From: Candidatus Omnitrophota bacterium
GTDB taxonomy: Bacteria; Omnitrophota; Gorgyraeia; 2-02-FULL-51-18
Direction: 5' to 3'
Assembly (NCBI GenBank): GCA_945877765.1
Contig: CAMDWQ010000011.1
Location: 2,641-66,640, forward strand
Length of the DNA: 64,000 nucleotides
The position numbers and the translations under genes are program-made. Shown piece by piece: positions 37,490 to 47,955 of the stretch (the first letter of the stretch is position 1; every line of letters starts with the position of its first letter). The notes beneath the pieces are model-generated. The model made no database searches, was not told the DNA's origin, and was given only the letters and a program-made list of their open reading frames with translations.

Positions 37490-40027
37490 GTGGACAAATT
37501 TAATATACTGATCGCTGCTCGCGCCAAACACACTCCGTTCAAAAATTTGGCTTTGGTAAGCCCTTTCGGAATTGTAACCAATCATTGGCTTGTTCTTATA
37601 AACGTTCTGCTTTCATGTGAGGAGGATTTTAGCGATCCTAATATTGATTTATTGAATGAACTGGCTGTGGGTGACTTAATTCAAATTGATGGTAAACGAG
37701 TCTGTTTCGGGGGAATTAGAGAAACGGATCGCGGGCGCTCGATAGGATTTTATGAAACTGGGAAAAAGGGCAAGGCAGGACCATGTTATACATGGTTATC
37801 TGAAAAAGATATCCGGGGAAGAATAGCGCCGTACGCGGGGATGGCCAAAAACCCCCAGCGCTTCACAGGTAAAAAAGCACGAGCCGCAATAGGACACAAT
37901 TTATTCGCAGCTTTACACGGAATCAATGAATTCCAACCGAATATCAAGACTTCATCATTAGTTATAACGGAAAAAAAGTCTTACATAGAGGAATTGCAGA
38001 ATTTAGAAATTCATTTAGCTTATGACGTTAGTACGCTTAAGTTTCCCTTTTGTGAAGCGATCCCTGCTGCGGCATACTCTACCAACAATAAATTTAGTCG
38101 TATAGCGGCTAAGAAGAACGATAATCGACCTCTTTTGCTCAAAATTGTTTCGTCTCCGGAAGTTGGAATAGAGTTATGCCAAAACGATAAAAATATACAA
38201 ACGGTAATTATAGACGGCGAATCAAAAATATTACGAAATTTTCTTGAGCTTAAGAGGATAAAAGAGATAGAGTCAGTAAAAAATATTTACATAATTCTTT
38301 CTAATAACATAGATCAGAAATCACTAAGAGAATTGCAACAGCTAGGTTTCTTTATTTGGAAGTGGAATGAAGAGTTTATTCTAAGCATAGGTACGGAGTC
38401 TTTGCCAGATAATCGTCAAAATGGCAATATCGATACGGGGGCCATTCAGAATAAACTAATCAGTAACCTGTTAAACAAGACATCAGAAATGGTGGAAGTG
38501 GATTACCCTTCCAAGGAAGCAAAAGCCTTAATCAATGAGTATTCAGAGATATTATTCTATTTAAAAGATTTTATCGATGAGCCGCACGCTGGAGAAATTT
38601 TTAGAGAGTTCATTTGCCAGGGTTATGGGTATCGCAGTTTTATACTTTCGCCGCTGGCAGGACTTCCATCCTGCCATGACCGTGTTAATAGATATATCGA
38701 ACAACTAAAGCTCCTTATACCCGTCTTAAAGGAGCTCAATAAAGCCACTGCCTTACACCAAAGATTGGATAGACTAGCGATAGCGATTGATCGGTTTAAA
38801 GATTTATTTTGTCTCGGTGTTAACCAAAAAAATGAAATGATAAAAAAACATCTTCATTCGGAAAGGACCGGGATCGGATTGGTATTAAAGAACTTACCGG
38901 CTAATAGCGTTCTAGATGAATTCGGCAAATTTATCGGCAAAGGCCTTTCATATCGATTTCTAAAGCTCTCCGACTTAAAAAGTTTTCACCCCTTCGATAG
39001 CTTGTTGTTTACTGGGTGGCTGGGAAGCAACCATCCCTATTACTTAAATTGCCCTTTAGCACCTAAGCATTTATATTTCTTGTACGACATAGAGAAAAAA
39101 ATTTATGAAATCATGCAGAGCCGGCAGCAATTGCATAACTTTCCTGAGCCCTTGGAAAGAGTTGCAGCTCTTTTAGATCTAACTCCAAGCGAGGTATTAT
39201 CGCTGGCGCCATCGTTAGCCCCTTCCAACCTTGCTTCAGTTGAGGAATTTGTTAAAAATAAAAGAGAAGTCAATTTAAACGATCTCTATGACGCTATCTG
39301 CTCAAAGAGAATCCCGTCATATTCTGGAACCGGAGAGATCGGAGAAGAATTGCTCCCTTCAAAATGCATTTTTTTTGAAGATGATCAATACGGCTTCTTT
39401 TCTGAAAATTACATAGCCAAAGTGTTGGATAGATCTAAGGAGGAAGTAATCGATAAGGATCTTAGCGTGCTCGCTGAGGGAGATGAGCTTTTGTTTTTGG
39501 AAGACTCCAAGAGAGATTTATTTCAGGTCATGGCTATAGAACTTCATAAAAAAATGCCGGATAGGATAGAAGAAGCAAAGATTTGGAGGGATAGTCTTAA
39601 ACGATTAAAAACAGAAAAGAATTACTCTGTTGAGAAACTTAATTCTGTACTTAGAGAAAATGGAGTTATTCAAGAGATCTCGACTTTGAAGGGATGGGTA
39701 AGTGATAAAGAAATGATAGCACCTCAATCACTTGACCGCCTGATAGACGTTCTCTCGACTCTATTAAATGATGCGACTATAGGGTCTAAAAAGAAATTAA
39801 TCATAACCGCTTGCAGACGAATTCGTGCGTCACATAACATTTTGGGAAGGTATCTGGCGAAACAATTAATTGGATCGTTTAATAAAGGCGCTAACACGGT
39901 ACAGCAAGATTTGGCAGCAAGCGCCGAAGAATTGAGGAAACACGTATATACGCTGCAAATAAATAAATTGTCCGATGACGTTCAGGCTGTTCCGGTATCG
40001 ATTCTTAACAAGGTATTTGAGCTATAA
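37490..40027 (+). CDS. 845-aa protein of unknown function, first gene of the candidate defence operon (DruF/DrmE-like by position and size only)
   Basis: No motif recognised by eye. Its stop (TAA) is directly followed by the ATG of the next gene. Confidence 0.4.
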   Translation: MDKFNILIAARAKHTPFKNLALVSPFGIVTNHWLVLINVLLSCEEDFSDPNIDLLNELAVGDLIQIDGKRVCFGGIRETDRGRSIGFYETGKKGKAGPCYTWLSEKDIRGRIAPYAGMAKNPQRFTGKKARAAIGHNLFAALHGINEFQPNIKTSSLVITEKKSYIEELQNLEIHLAYDVSTLKFPFCEAIPAAAYSTNNKFSRIAAKKNDNRPLLLKIVSSPEVGIELCQNDKNIQTVIIDGESKILRNFLELKRIKEIESVKNIYIILSNNIDQKSLRELQQLGFFIWKWNEEFILSIGTESLPDNRQNGNIDTGAIQNKLISNLLNKTSEMVEVDYPSKEAKALINEYSEILFYLKDFIDEPHAGEIFREFICQGYGYRSFILSPLAGLPSCHDRVNRYIEQLKLLIPVLKELNKATALHQRLDRLAIAIDRFKDLFCLGVNQKNEMIKKHLHSERTGIGLVLKNLPANSVLDEFGKFIGKGLSYRFLKLSDLKSFHPFDSLLFTGWLGSNHPYYLNCPLAPKHLYFLYDIEKKIYEIMQSRQQLHNFPEPLERVAALLDLTPSEVLSLAPSLAPSNLASVEEFVKNKREVNLNDLYDAICSKRIPSYSGTGEIGEELLPSKCIFFEDDQYGFFSENYIAKVLDRSKEEVIDKDLSVLAEGDELLFLEDSKRDLFQVMAIELHKKMPDRIEEAKIWRDSLKRLKTEKNYSVEKLNSVLRENGVIQEISTLKGWVSDKEMIAPQSLDRLIDVLSTLLNDATIGSKKKLIITACRRIRASHNILGRYLAKQLIGSFNKGANTVQQDLAASAEELRKHVYTLQINKLSDDVQAVPVSILNKVFEL

Positions 40028-41746
40028 ATGGAAATACGATTAATACCACCCTATTTAAGTAGCTCGGTTAAAAGCAACGCGGAAAAAAGAACGTTTGCTG
40101 CAATCCAGTTAATTTCTGCGCCAGCTTACTGTTTTCATTCGCTAAATCTGCCTGAGAAAATAAAGAGAAAACCCGAATGCGAAATTGATTTTCTTTTCCT
40201 AAGCGTCAGGGGAATTATGTGTCTTGAGGTAAAGGGTGGATCTGTACGTCGAGTTGACGGGGTGTGGCAATTTGAAAATCGGTTTGGCGAGGTGACAAAG
40301 AAAATCGAGGGCCCATTCGAACAAGTTCAGAACGCGATGTACGCATTAAAACAACGAATAAAGAATAAATATGGAGCTGATTCAAACCTATTGAAATGTT
40401 TATTTGGGTACGGAGTCATATTTCCAGATACTGATTTTAAAGATGCATCAGCCGAATGGGACCTTGAAATTGTATGTGACAAGATTCGATTCAATAGACC
40501 CATTTCTGACTATATAACAGCATTACATGAATATTGGGCTTTAAAGAAACCTCAATCAAGGCCCCTTACGAACAATGAAGTGGATGAGTTGGCTCAATAT
40601 CTGAGGGGTGATTTTCACTGTGTTGTCCCATTAAAAGATTATATCGGAAACATCAACGAAGAGCTCCTGTCTCTAACCGGTGAACAGCTTAGTCTTCTAG
40701 CGGGACTCGACCAAAATCCTAGGCTAATCATTAACGGGCCGGCCGGGAGTGGCAAGACTCTCATGGCTGTAGAGAAAGCTAAATGTGAGGCGGCAAGGGG
40801 ACAAAAAACGCTTCTAATTTGCTCTAGCGATATTCTAGCCGAGCATCTCCAGCATATGTGTTCGGAATATATCAATCTCTCGGTTACAAATATATTTGCG
40901 CTGTTTAAATCAATTCAAACTTGCGGAGATTTATCCGATATAAAGAAACCGATCCGTGAGAATGAATATAAAATAGATTTACCCCTTATTCTCAAACGAC
41001 AAAAGTTGATTGATAGCGCACATCTATACGACTCGATAATAGTTGATGAAGCCCAAGATATTTTAAAAAGTACGTTTCTAGAAGTTTTAAATGGGTGTCT
41101 TAAGGGAGGATTTCAGAACGGTAGATGGACGCTTTTCTACGACAAATTCCGTCAAGCCGGTCTTTACGGTGATTCCGACAGCGGCGTTGCGTCTATTCTG
41201 GAAAAATTCAAGCCAACCCTATTCAATCTAGGTACGAACTGTAGGAATACCAAGAAAATTGCCGAAGAAACGGAAATGATAACGAATTATATTTTCCAGA
41301 AAATCCTTCACGACGGAGGTCGAAAATCTCGGGTTGAGTTTTATAAGGATATTGAAGAAAGGAACAGCACCCTTTTGTCAATTATGTCAGACTTGGCCAA
41401 ACAAGATATTTCCAAGGGTAGACAAATAATATTAACGCTTGAAAATGAAACTAATTTTTTAAATTCGGTGTCAGGGATACACGGTTATAAGTTTCAATCA
41501 TTGTCCAAATTCGACCAATTTAAGTCTGATCAACATCTCAATTTGGTTTGCGAAGCAAAGAGGTTCAAGGGACTTGAGAGTGATATAGTTATTATTCCCG
41601 AAATAAAAAGTTTTGATCAAACGGTGGAGTTATATGTAGCTATGACACGGGCAAAAGCGATGCTTTTTCTACTTATCGATTCCAGCTTGAAGAAGCAATA
41701 TCAAGAGCGCTTTAAACTGTACGTGGAAAGGAAAGTCTTAATATGA
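40028..41746 (+). CDS. NERD-domain + SF1 (UvrD/AAA_19-like) helicase/nuclease
   Basis: N-terminal ECEIDFLFLSVRGIMCLEVKGGSV (NERD-type EVKG motif). Walker A GPAGSGKTLMAV, Walker B IVDEAQDIL, C-terminal YVAMTRAKAMLFLLID (SF1 motif VI). The ATG follows the previous stop with zero gap. Confidence 0.6.
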   Translation: MEIRLIPPYLSSSVKSNAEKRTFAAIQLISAPAYCFHSLNLPEKIKRKPECEIDFLFLSVRGIMCLEVKGGSVRRVDGVWQFENRFGEVTKKIEGPFEQVQNAMYALKQRIKNKYGADSNLLKCLFGYGVIFPDTDFKDASAEWDLEIVCDKIRFNRPISDYITALHEYWALKKPQSRPLTNNEVDELAQYLRGDFHCVVPLKDYIGNINEELLSLTGEQLSLLAGLDQNPRLIINGPAGSGKTLMAVEKAKCEAARGQKTLLICSSDILAEHLQHMCSEYINLSVTNIFALFKSIQTCGDLSDIKKPIRENEYKIDLPLILKRQKLIDSAHLYDSIIVDEAQDILKSTFLEVLNGCLKGGFQNGRWTLFYDKFRQAGLYGDSDSGVASILEKFKPTLFNLGTNCRNTKKIAEETEMITNYIFQKILHDGGRKSRVEFYKDIEERNSTLLSIMSDLAKQDISKGRQIILTLENETNFLNSVSGIHGYKFQSLSKFDQFKSDQHLNLVCEAKRFKGLESDIVIIPEIKSFDQTVELYVAMTRAKAMLFLLIDSSLKKQYQERFKLYVERKVLI

Positions 41747-44700
41747 TCCCAAATCCTTTAAATCATGAACAAGTTAGAACGGATTTGTTGGATTATATGC
41801 GCAAAGAGCTAGTTGGCCCTCAATCAGACGATGAAATTCTTGACGGCGATAACGTGCCTCAGATCGATCACTACATAGCAGGTGTTCTTTACCCTCAATC
41901 TAAAACCGACTCAGAAGATGATCGATTAGCAACTCAGCCTGATATTAGCGAAGAAGATGCAGATATTGCCGATGATCTAGAAACTAAAGTATACGGGTTA
42001 TCCAATATCTATATGCCTGCATCAATGGGTATCAGTTGCCAGCTAGCCATACCAGCCAAAGAAGGTGTTCAATACAAAGTTACGTGCGCCCGGTATGAGT
42101 TACAGAAGACAGAGATCAAGAATGCTAGCGGGCGTTCCACGCATTGGGTGCGCATACCGATTAAGAAAGAGGGTTCAATAACTCTTCAAGAATTGGCGAA
42201 AGGGAAAGTCACCATAGAAATCGAGAAAGGTCTCGAGCTTGTTTGTATTTTTAAACCCGATAAGGGGTACCTTACAGTAAGTTTAGTTAACGAAAATGAG
42301 TACGATGTTTCCGTAGAAGAGAAAGTGAAACCTAGAAAACTAACTCCAAACTGTTTTTTCCAGTCAGAGTTGGTTCTAACCGGTGCCGGCGACGATCATT
42401 TTCTTCCAAGAAAACCGTATGAATGTCCGGATGGCAAAGAACGAACATACGAAATGTTGTTTCGAAATAAGCCTACCTTTGCCATTGGTCATGGCTGCGC
42501 TGCCGACTGGGATAAAAGCCGCTCAAATAGAACGAACTCGGTAAAAACGACTACGTTTCCGGTTGAATCTGTGCCAAGCGTCGATTTTGAAGTTATTCAG
42601 GATAAAAAAATTCTTCAGGTACTGGACATGAAACGACTTTCAGAGTCTCTTCATCAAAAGGAAGAAATTTTGTCTGATTTGCGCCAATTTGCCAAAGAAT
42701 ACGATCTATGGATAGACCGAATCGAGACGAGCGACGTCGACCCGGTATTTTACGACGTTGCTAAAGAAAATATTATTAAATGCAGAATGTCGTTCGAGCG
42801 GATAGAGGCAGGAATTCAAAAGTTAGAGGATGACCCAGAAGTTTTTGAAGCGTTCGTTCTCATGAATAAAGCGATGGTTCTGCAGCGGCTTGGCCATGAC
42901 CCAAAAGAACCAAGCACCTGTCGCTGGAGACCCTTCCAGCTTGCATTTATCTTACTGAGTGTCGTCGGTTTAATTGATGATCAGTCATCGGACAGAAATA
43001 TAGTTGATTTAATTTGGTTTCCTACCGGAGGCGGAAAAACAGAAGCATATCTTGGGATTACAGCTTTCATTATTTTCTACCGAAGAATCAAATATAAAGC
43101 GTTGGGGGGCGGTACTGCCGCAATCATGCGCTACACTTTAAGGCTTTTAACAACTCAACAACTTCAACGCGCCACTAGGCTAATGTGCGCCTGCGAAATT
43201 ATTAGAAAACAAAATTCAATAAGATACGGTAGCGAGGTAATCAGTTCGGGAATTTGGGTAGGGGGCGATACAACTCCCAACACTTCGTCTGTTTATCGAG
43301 AGCAATTAGAAGACGGTGAATTTGTAAAAATTCTTTCAATGTGCCCGTGGTGTGAATCGGCGCTTCAATACAGTAAGAGGACAAATCCGAAAATATATTG
43401 TAAAAATGAAAATTGTAAATTCTCAAAAGGCTTACCAATATTATTTGTGGATGATGATATATACGAGAACCCACCCACTTTCTTGGTTAGCACTGTCGAT
43501 AAATTTGCTAATCTTTCTTTAAAAGCGGACCCAAAAAATAAGAAAAAGGATGCCGCCCGGATATTTGCTGCGGATGCGGGCAACCAAAAAATAGCCCCCT
43601 CCTTAATTATTCAGGACGAATTACATTTAATATCAGGTGCCTTAGGTACTTTAGTTGGATTATTCGAGATCGTTATAGAAGAGTTGTGCTCACTCAAAAA
43701 AATTAAGCCAAAAATTGTCGCAGCGACAGCGACCATAAGAGGAGCGGAGGAACAAACAAAAAATCTTTTCAATAGAGAAGTATTTCAATTTCCATCGCCT
43801 GGGATAAGTATTGAAGATTCGTTCTTTGCCGTGGAAAAAACTTCAAAGGAAAATCGGTTATACGTTGGAGTACAGGCATCTGGGCACACCTTTACGACAA
43901 CAGAAGTCAGGGTATTTTCAGCATTATTACAAGGAATCTATGAAATTAAATCGGCATATGAGGAGGGAAAAACTCCAGAGGAGATGGCTGCCGTGCAGGA
44001 ACTCATAGACCCGTACTGGACGATGATTGCCTATTTCAATAGCGTTAGACAACTAGGTAAGTGTCATAGCCTGCTGGATCAAGATATTGCAACGCAAATG
44101 GTGGAGTTATCAAAGCGATCCGGCTCTCGCAGACGTTTTATCCCGGACAGGGGCATTAGAGAAATGACCGGAACAAGAAAAACGAAAGATATTGCAGAAA
44201 TTTTAGCCGAACTATTTTATCCACTAAATAGCAAGAAAGCGCTTGATATAGTTCTGACCACAAATATGTTTTCCGTTGGGGTAGACATATCGCGTTTGGG
44301 AGCTATGGTAATTACAAGCCATCCAAAAACAAATGCAGAATATATTCAGGCATCCAGTCGGGTTGGCAGAAAATATCCCGGAATTATTTTTACGGTTTAC
44401 GATTTTTCACGATCGAGAGACCGCTCTTACTATGAGAATTTTGTCGGGTACCATCGGGCACTCTATAGGCATGTCGAGGTTTCTAGCTTAACACCTTTTT
44501 CAATGGCGTCTGTAGATAGAGGGATGAAGAGCGTCATTATCTCCTTATTGCGACAAAGATTTCGTTCGATGGGAGTTGATGATTTAAACACACTTTCTGC
44601 AGATAAACGAGACAAGGTGATTGAAGAGATAAGAGGACTGATTCTTAAAAGAGTGAACGCAGTTGATCAATCCGAATTACGTATGGTTACTTTAAAGCTT

Positions 44701-46716
44701 ACCAGTTGGTTTGTAGAGCTAAAAGAATTCTTGTCCTCACGGGCAAACGCAGAATATAAAGAGCTAATCTATAACCCATCTCTGGGCTCGCCGAGGCAGC
44801 CGTTCCAATGGGATGTTTTATACTCAATGAGGAATGTGGATGAAAGCGCCCGAATCAAAGTAGGAGTTATCAATGGTCAAGAAATATGGGATGAGGACAA
44901 ATCGTGGAACGAAATAAGAAAAAATCAATTAATTGTTCCTTTTGGCCCGGGAGCTATTGTTGAGCTCGAGAACTCAAAAAGCGCGCTCGTTTCTAGATGG
45001 CACGGCAAGGGCGACCCGGTAAGCGATATGCCAGATGAACGATTTATTCAACGCCTATCTCGGTTAAGAGTGAAAGAATTAGTAGCTCCGCCATCGGCAA
45101 AACAAAAGCCGATAGGGGCAGTTCTATTTCCCGCATGGGGTTTTTGTAAAAGCTGTAGAAAATTCGGCGAAATAAAAAATACATTTAAATTTGATGCCCG
45201 CAATGGCAAAGAACGGTGGTCTTGTGAGTGTAGTGGAAGGTCAAAATTATCGGACGCTAAAAAATTTATGAATGCAGTCGTGCAAATAAAATTCATCGCC
45301 GTGTGTTCCGACGGGCATATAGACGACTTACCTTGGGGCGAGCTTCTTCATAAAAGCCCTAGCTATATGAATGACGGAGCTCTCCATCAGTTTAAGTACG
45401 AGTCCTTCGGCGGCTCTCTTGGTGAAGAAAGCTTGTCATGTTCATGCGGAATTGCTCCGTTTCGACTCAATCAGTTGAAAAAGGCAATAACGGGACAACT
45501 TTGTAAAAATCGTCCGTTAACGGACTACAGCACGCAAGAAGGCGTTTGCCCTCGTAATATCGAAATGAAGCATAGGGGAGCATCAAGTACGTACTTTCCC
45601 GTGGTTAGAACTTCGATATATTTGCCACCGCAGGATGATGCTGGTCTTAATAAAGTTTTGGTTAGGCTAAGAAACACCTTAGAGGATGCAGGGGGCACAA
45701 TTCCTGAGGATCAAAAAAGAATAATAGTAGAAAATAACCTTATCCAAATTGGTGTTGTTAAAGAGATCGCATGGCCCACATATCTCCGATTTATTGAACC
45801 CGTTGACATCGCTCAGGCGACAAATGTTGACGAAGAGATTAAGTACAGGGAAGAAGAGTATAAAGTATTCTCCGCGCCCGCAGTCAATCAGCAAGTTTTT
45901 CTAAAAGATCTAGTTTTGGATGAGGTTAGCCCAAGCGTATTGCGGTCTAAAAAATATCCTGAAGAAATTTCTGATATGAAATTAATTAAGACCTTAAAGG
46001 AAACTAGGGCAATTCTGGGCTACACGCGAATCTATCCTATCGACTTTGAAGAAGGTGAGGGCGCAGAGGGTAGGCGCGCTGGTATGATTTCATTGATCAA
46101 AAATTATAAGATTCCTGCCATTGAGGTTCGAGGCGAAGGCATATTCTTTAGACTGAATCCAAGCATGATTAGTGATTGGGCAAAAAAATCAAACGTTGTC
46201 AAACGAGTTAGAATTATTAACGAACACGAACGACTCTCGGGCAGACAATATGGAGTTGGCGTAAAAAATGTTACACCTGCTTTTATCTTAATTCACACAT
46301 TAGCCCATGCCTTAATTAGATATTTGGGAATGGAATGCGGTTACGGGACGGCTTCCCTGCGTGAAAGAATATACTGTCATCAGGTTGAAGGAGATATTAG
46401 AATGGCCGGCGTGATGATTTATACTGCATCCGGAGACGCGGCAGGGACTCTCGGAGGGTTAGTCCGGCAGGGCAGGGAAGACCGCTTTCCGACTTTGTAT
46501 AGGAATGCGATCCATTCAATGGATTGGTGCTCTTCTGACCCGCTTTGTATTCAATCCAAAGGGCAAGGAAGAGACGGTTTGAATGTGTCGGCCTGCCATG
46601 CTTGCGCACTATTACCTGAGACTAGTTGCGAGTTTCAAAATGTTTACTTAGATAGAGCGCTTTTAAACGGCACCATTGATGACCCCAAAATTGGTTTTTT
46701 TAAAAGGTATGAATAG
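41743..46716 (+). CDS. 1657-aa SF2 DEAH-type helicase with Zn-ribbons and a Cys-rich DUF1998-like C-terminal domain (DruE/DrmA-DrmB-like)
   Basis: Motif I WFPTGGGKTEAY, motif II IIQDELHLISG, motif VI QASSRVGRK. Zn-ribbon CPWCESALQY...CKNENC. Cys-rich mid region (CKSCRKF...CECSG, CSDGH, CSCG). C-terminal MDWCSSDPLCIQS...ACHACALLPETSCEFQNVYLDRALL. Overlaps the previous gene by 4 nt. Confidence 0.65.
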   Translation: MIPNPLNHEQVRTDLLDYMRKELVGPQSDDEILDGDNVPQIDHYIAGVLYPQSKTDSEDDRLATQPDISEEDADIADDLETKVYGLSNIYMPASMGISCQLAIPAKEGVQYKVTCARYELQKTEIKNASGRSTHWVRIPIKKEGSITLQELAKGKVTIEIEKGLELVCIFKPDKGYLTVSLVNENEYDVSVEEKVKPRKLTPNCFFQSELVLTGAGDDHFLPRKPYECPDGKERTYEMLFRNKPTFAIGHGCAADWDKSRSNRTNSVKTTTFPVESVPSVDFEVIQDKKILQVLDMKRLSESLHQKEEILSDLRQFAKEYDLWIDRIETSDVDPVFYDVAKENIIKCRMSFERIEAGIQKLEDDPEVFEAFVLMNKAMVLQRLGHDPKEPSTCRWRPFQLAFILLSVVGLIDDQSSDRNIVDLIWFPTGGGKTEAYLGITAFIIFYRRIKYKALGGGTAAIMRYTLRLLTTQQLQRATRLMCACEIIRKQNSIRYGSEVISSGIWVGGDTTPNTSSVYREQLEDGEFVKILSMCPWCESALQYSKRTNPKIYCKNENCKFSKGLPILFVDDDIYENPPTFLVSTVDKFANLSLKADPKNKKKDAARIFAADAGNQKIAPSLIIQDELHLISGALGTLVGLFEIVIEELCSLKKIKPKIVAATATIRGAEEQTKNLFNREVFQFPSPGISIEDSFFAVEKTSKENRLYVGVQASGHTFTTTEVRVFSALLQGIYEIKSAYEEGKTPEEMAAVQELIDPYWTMIAYFNSVRQLGKCHSLLDQDIATQMVELSKRSGSRRRFIPDRGIREMTGTRKTKDIAEILAELFYPLNSKKALDIVLTTNMFSVGVDISRLGAMVITSHPKTNAEYIQASSRVGRKYPGIIFTVYDFSRSRDRSYYENFVGYHRALYRHVEVSSLTPFSMASVDRGMKSVIISLLRQRFRSMGVDDLNTLSADKRDKVIEEIRGLILKRVNAVDQSELRMVTLKLTSWFVELKEFLSSRANAEYKELIYNPSLGSPRQPFQWDVLYSMRNVDESARIKVGVINGQEIWDEDKSWNEIRKNQLIVPFGPGAIVELENSKSALVSRWHGKGDPVSDMPDERFIQRLSRLRVKELVAPPSAKQKPIGAVLFPAWGFCKSCRKFGEIKNTFKFDARNGKERWSCECSGRSKLSDAKKFMNAVVQIKFIAVCSDGHIDDLPWGELLHKSPSYMNDGALHQFKYESFGGSLGEESLSCSCGIAPFRLNQLKKAITGQLCKNRPLTDYSTQEGVCPRNIEMKHRGASSTYFPVVRTSIYLPPQDDAGLNKVLVRLRNTLEDAGGTIPEDQKRIIVENNLIQIGVVKEIAWPTYLRFIEPVDIAQATNVDEEIKYREEEYKVFSAPAVNQQVFLKDLVLDEVSPSVLRSKKYPEEISDMKLIKTLKETRAILGYTRIYPIDFEEGEGAEGRRAGMISLIKNYKIPAIEVRGEGIFFRLNPSMISDWAKKSNVVKRVRIINEHERLSGRQYGVGVKNVTPAFILIHTLAHALIRYLGMECGYGTASLRERIYCHQVEGDIRMAGVMIYTASGDAAGTLGGLVRQGREDRFPTLYRNAIHSMDWCSSDPLCIQSKGQGRDGLNVSACHACALLPETSCEFQNVYLDRALLNGTIDDPKIGFFKRYE

Positions 46717-47818
46717 AAAAAATTCTAAACTAAACATAACGGCGGTTGACCTCTTCTGCGGAGCGGGAGGCCTGACGCGCGGCCTGCTTGATTCCGGGAT
46801 CAAAGTTAAAATCGGTGTCGATTTCGATGGACAGTTTAAAGATACATATGAAAAAAATAATCATCCTTCGCGATTCTTGCAATGTGACATTAGAAAACTA
46901 AAAACCAAATATTTGGAAGAATGCCTAAAATTAGAAGAAACAGATTTATTTTTGCTCTCCGCATGTGCTCCGTGCCAACCCTTTAGCCGCCAAAATTCTA
47001 AACATCATTACGATAGACGTAAATCCCTATTGCTAGAAGTAGTTCGAATTCTTGACGAGCTAAAACGTAAGCCCGATTTTTTATTTTTTGAGAATGTTCC
47101 ACATATTAACAGATCTGAAAGGAGCACTGTTCTCAGAAGACTTAGGAAGGCACTTGTCAAAATGGGCTATTCCTTTGATTCGAAAATTGTGGATGCAGCA
47201 ATATATGGCGTCCCACAACGGAGAAAGAGGTTTATTCTAATAGCCGTTAAGAAAAAAATCGCTGGTAACACCGTCCGTTTTCCTGAAGAACTGTTTGGAA
47301 AAGATCGAAATCAGCCATATCGTACAGTGAGAGAGGCCATAGGTGCTTTCCCGCGCATAAGAGCAGGCCAAACTCACGCGCAAGTAGCAAATCATCAAAC
47401 TCAGTCATTGACTACAAAGACTCGGATGCGATTGCTATTAACGCCTAAAAATGGGGGTTCTCGCCGAGATTGGCCCGATCGCGTAAAATTAAAATGCCAC
47501 GAAGAGCATGTTGGGCATTGGGATGTTTACGGTCGAATGAAATGGAATGAGCCCAGCCCCACTCTTACGTGTCGATGCACGTCAATTTCAAATGGGCGTT
47601 TTGGACACCCAACTCAGCTGAGAGCAATTTCTTTGCGTGAAGCAGCAGCGCTGCAAACATTTCCGAACGATTATCAATTTTACGGAAGTTTTAAAGCTAT
47701 AGCAATGCAAGTAGGTAATGCCGTTCCCGTTCTGTTGGCTGAAGCATTTGGTAAGCATTTTATTGAAATCGGCAACGGTAAGTCCTTTGCCACAAGGACG
47801 GAGAAGAATACCGAATAA
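46709..47818 (+). CDS. DNA (cytosine-5)-methyltransferase
   Basis: Motif I DLFCGAGG, IV PCQPFS, VI FFENVP, VIII QRRKRFILIA, X GNAVPV. The ATG at 46709 overlaps the upstream gene by 8 nt. Confidence 0.85.
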   Translation: MNRKNSKLNITAVDLFCGAGGLTRGLLDSGIKVKIGVDFDGQFKDTYEKNNHPSRFLQCDIRKLKTKYLEECLKLEETDLFLLSACAPCQPFSRQNSKHHYDRRKSLLLEVVRILDELKRKPDFLFFENVPHINRSERSTVLRRLRKALVKMGYSFDSKIVDAAIYGVPQRRKRFILIAVKKKIAGNTVRFPEELFGKDRNQPYRTVREAIGAFPRIRAGQTHAQVANHQTQSLTTKTRMRLLLTPKNGGSRRDWPDRVKLKCHEEHVGHWDVYGRMKWNEPSPTLTCRCTSISNGRFGHPTQLRAISLREAAALQTFPNDYQFYGSFKAIAMQVGNAVPVLLAEAFGKHFIEIGNGKSFATRTEKNTE

Positions 47819-47890
47819 TCTGGGGACACGTACCGAATTCCTCGAATTCTTTATTGGCTATGTTAGATTAGGGCCGCGTCCTGAGAATTT
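47818..47890. repeat. MITE-like repeat (GGGACACGTACC family), degenerate copy
   Basis: aatctggggacacgtaccgaattcctcgaattc...gttagattagggccgcgtcctgagaatt; the left arm is intact and the right arm diverged. Confidence 0.6.
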
Positions 47891-47955
47891 TGAGAAGTTA
47901 ATGTTAAGGCCAAACACTAGTTGGAGAAGTATATGTTAAACGGCGAGAAGCAGTT

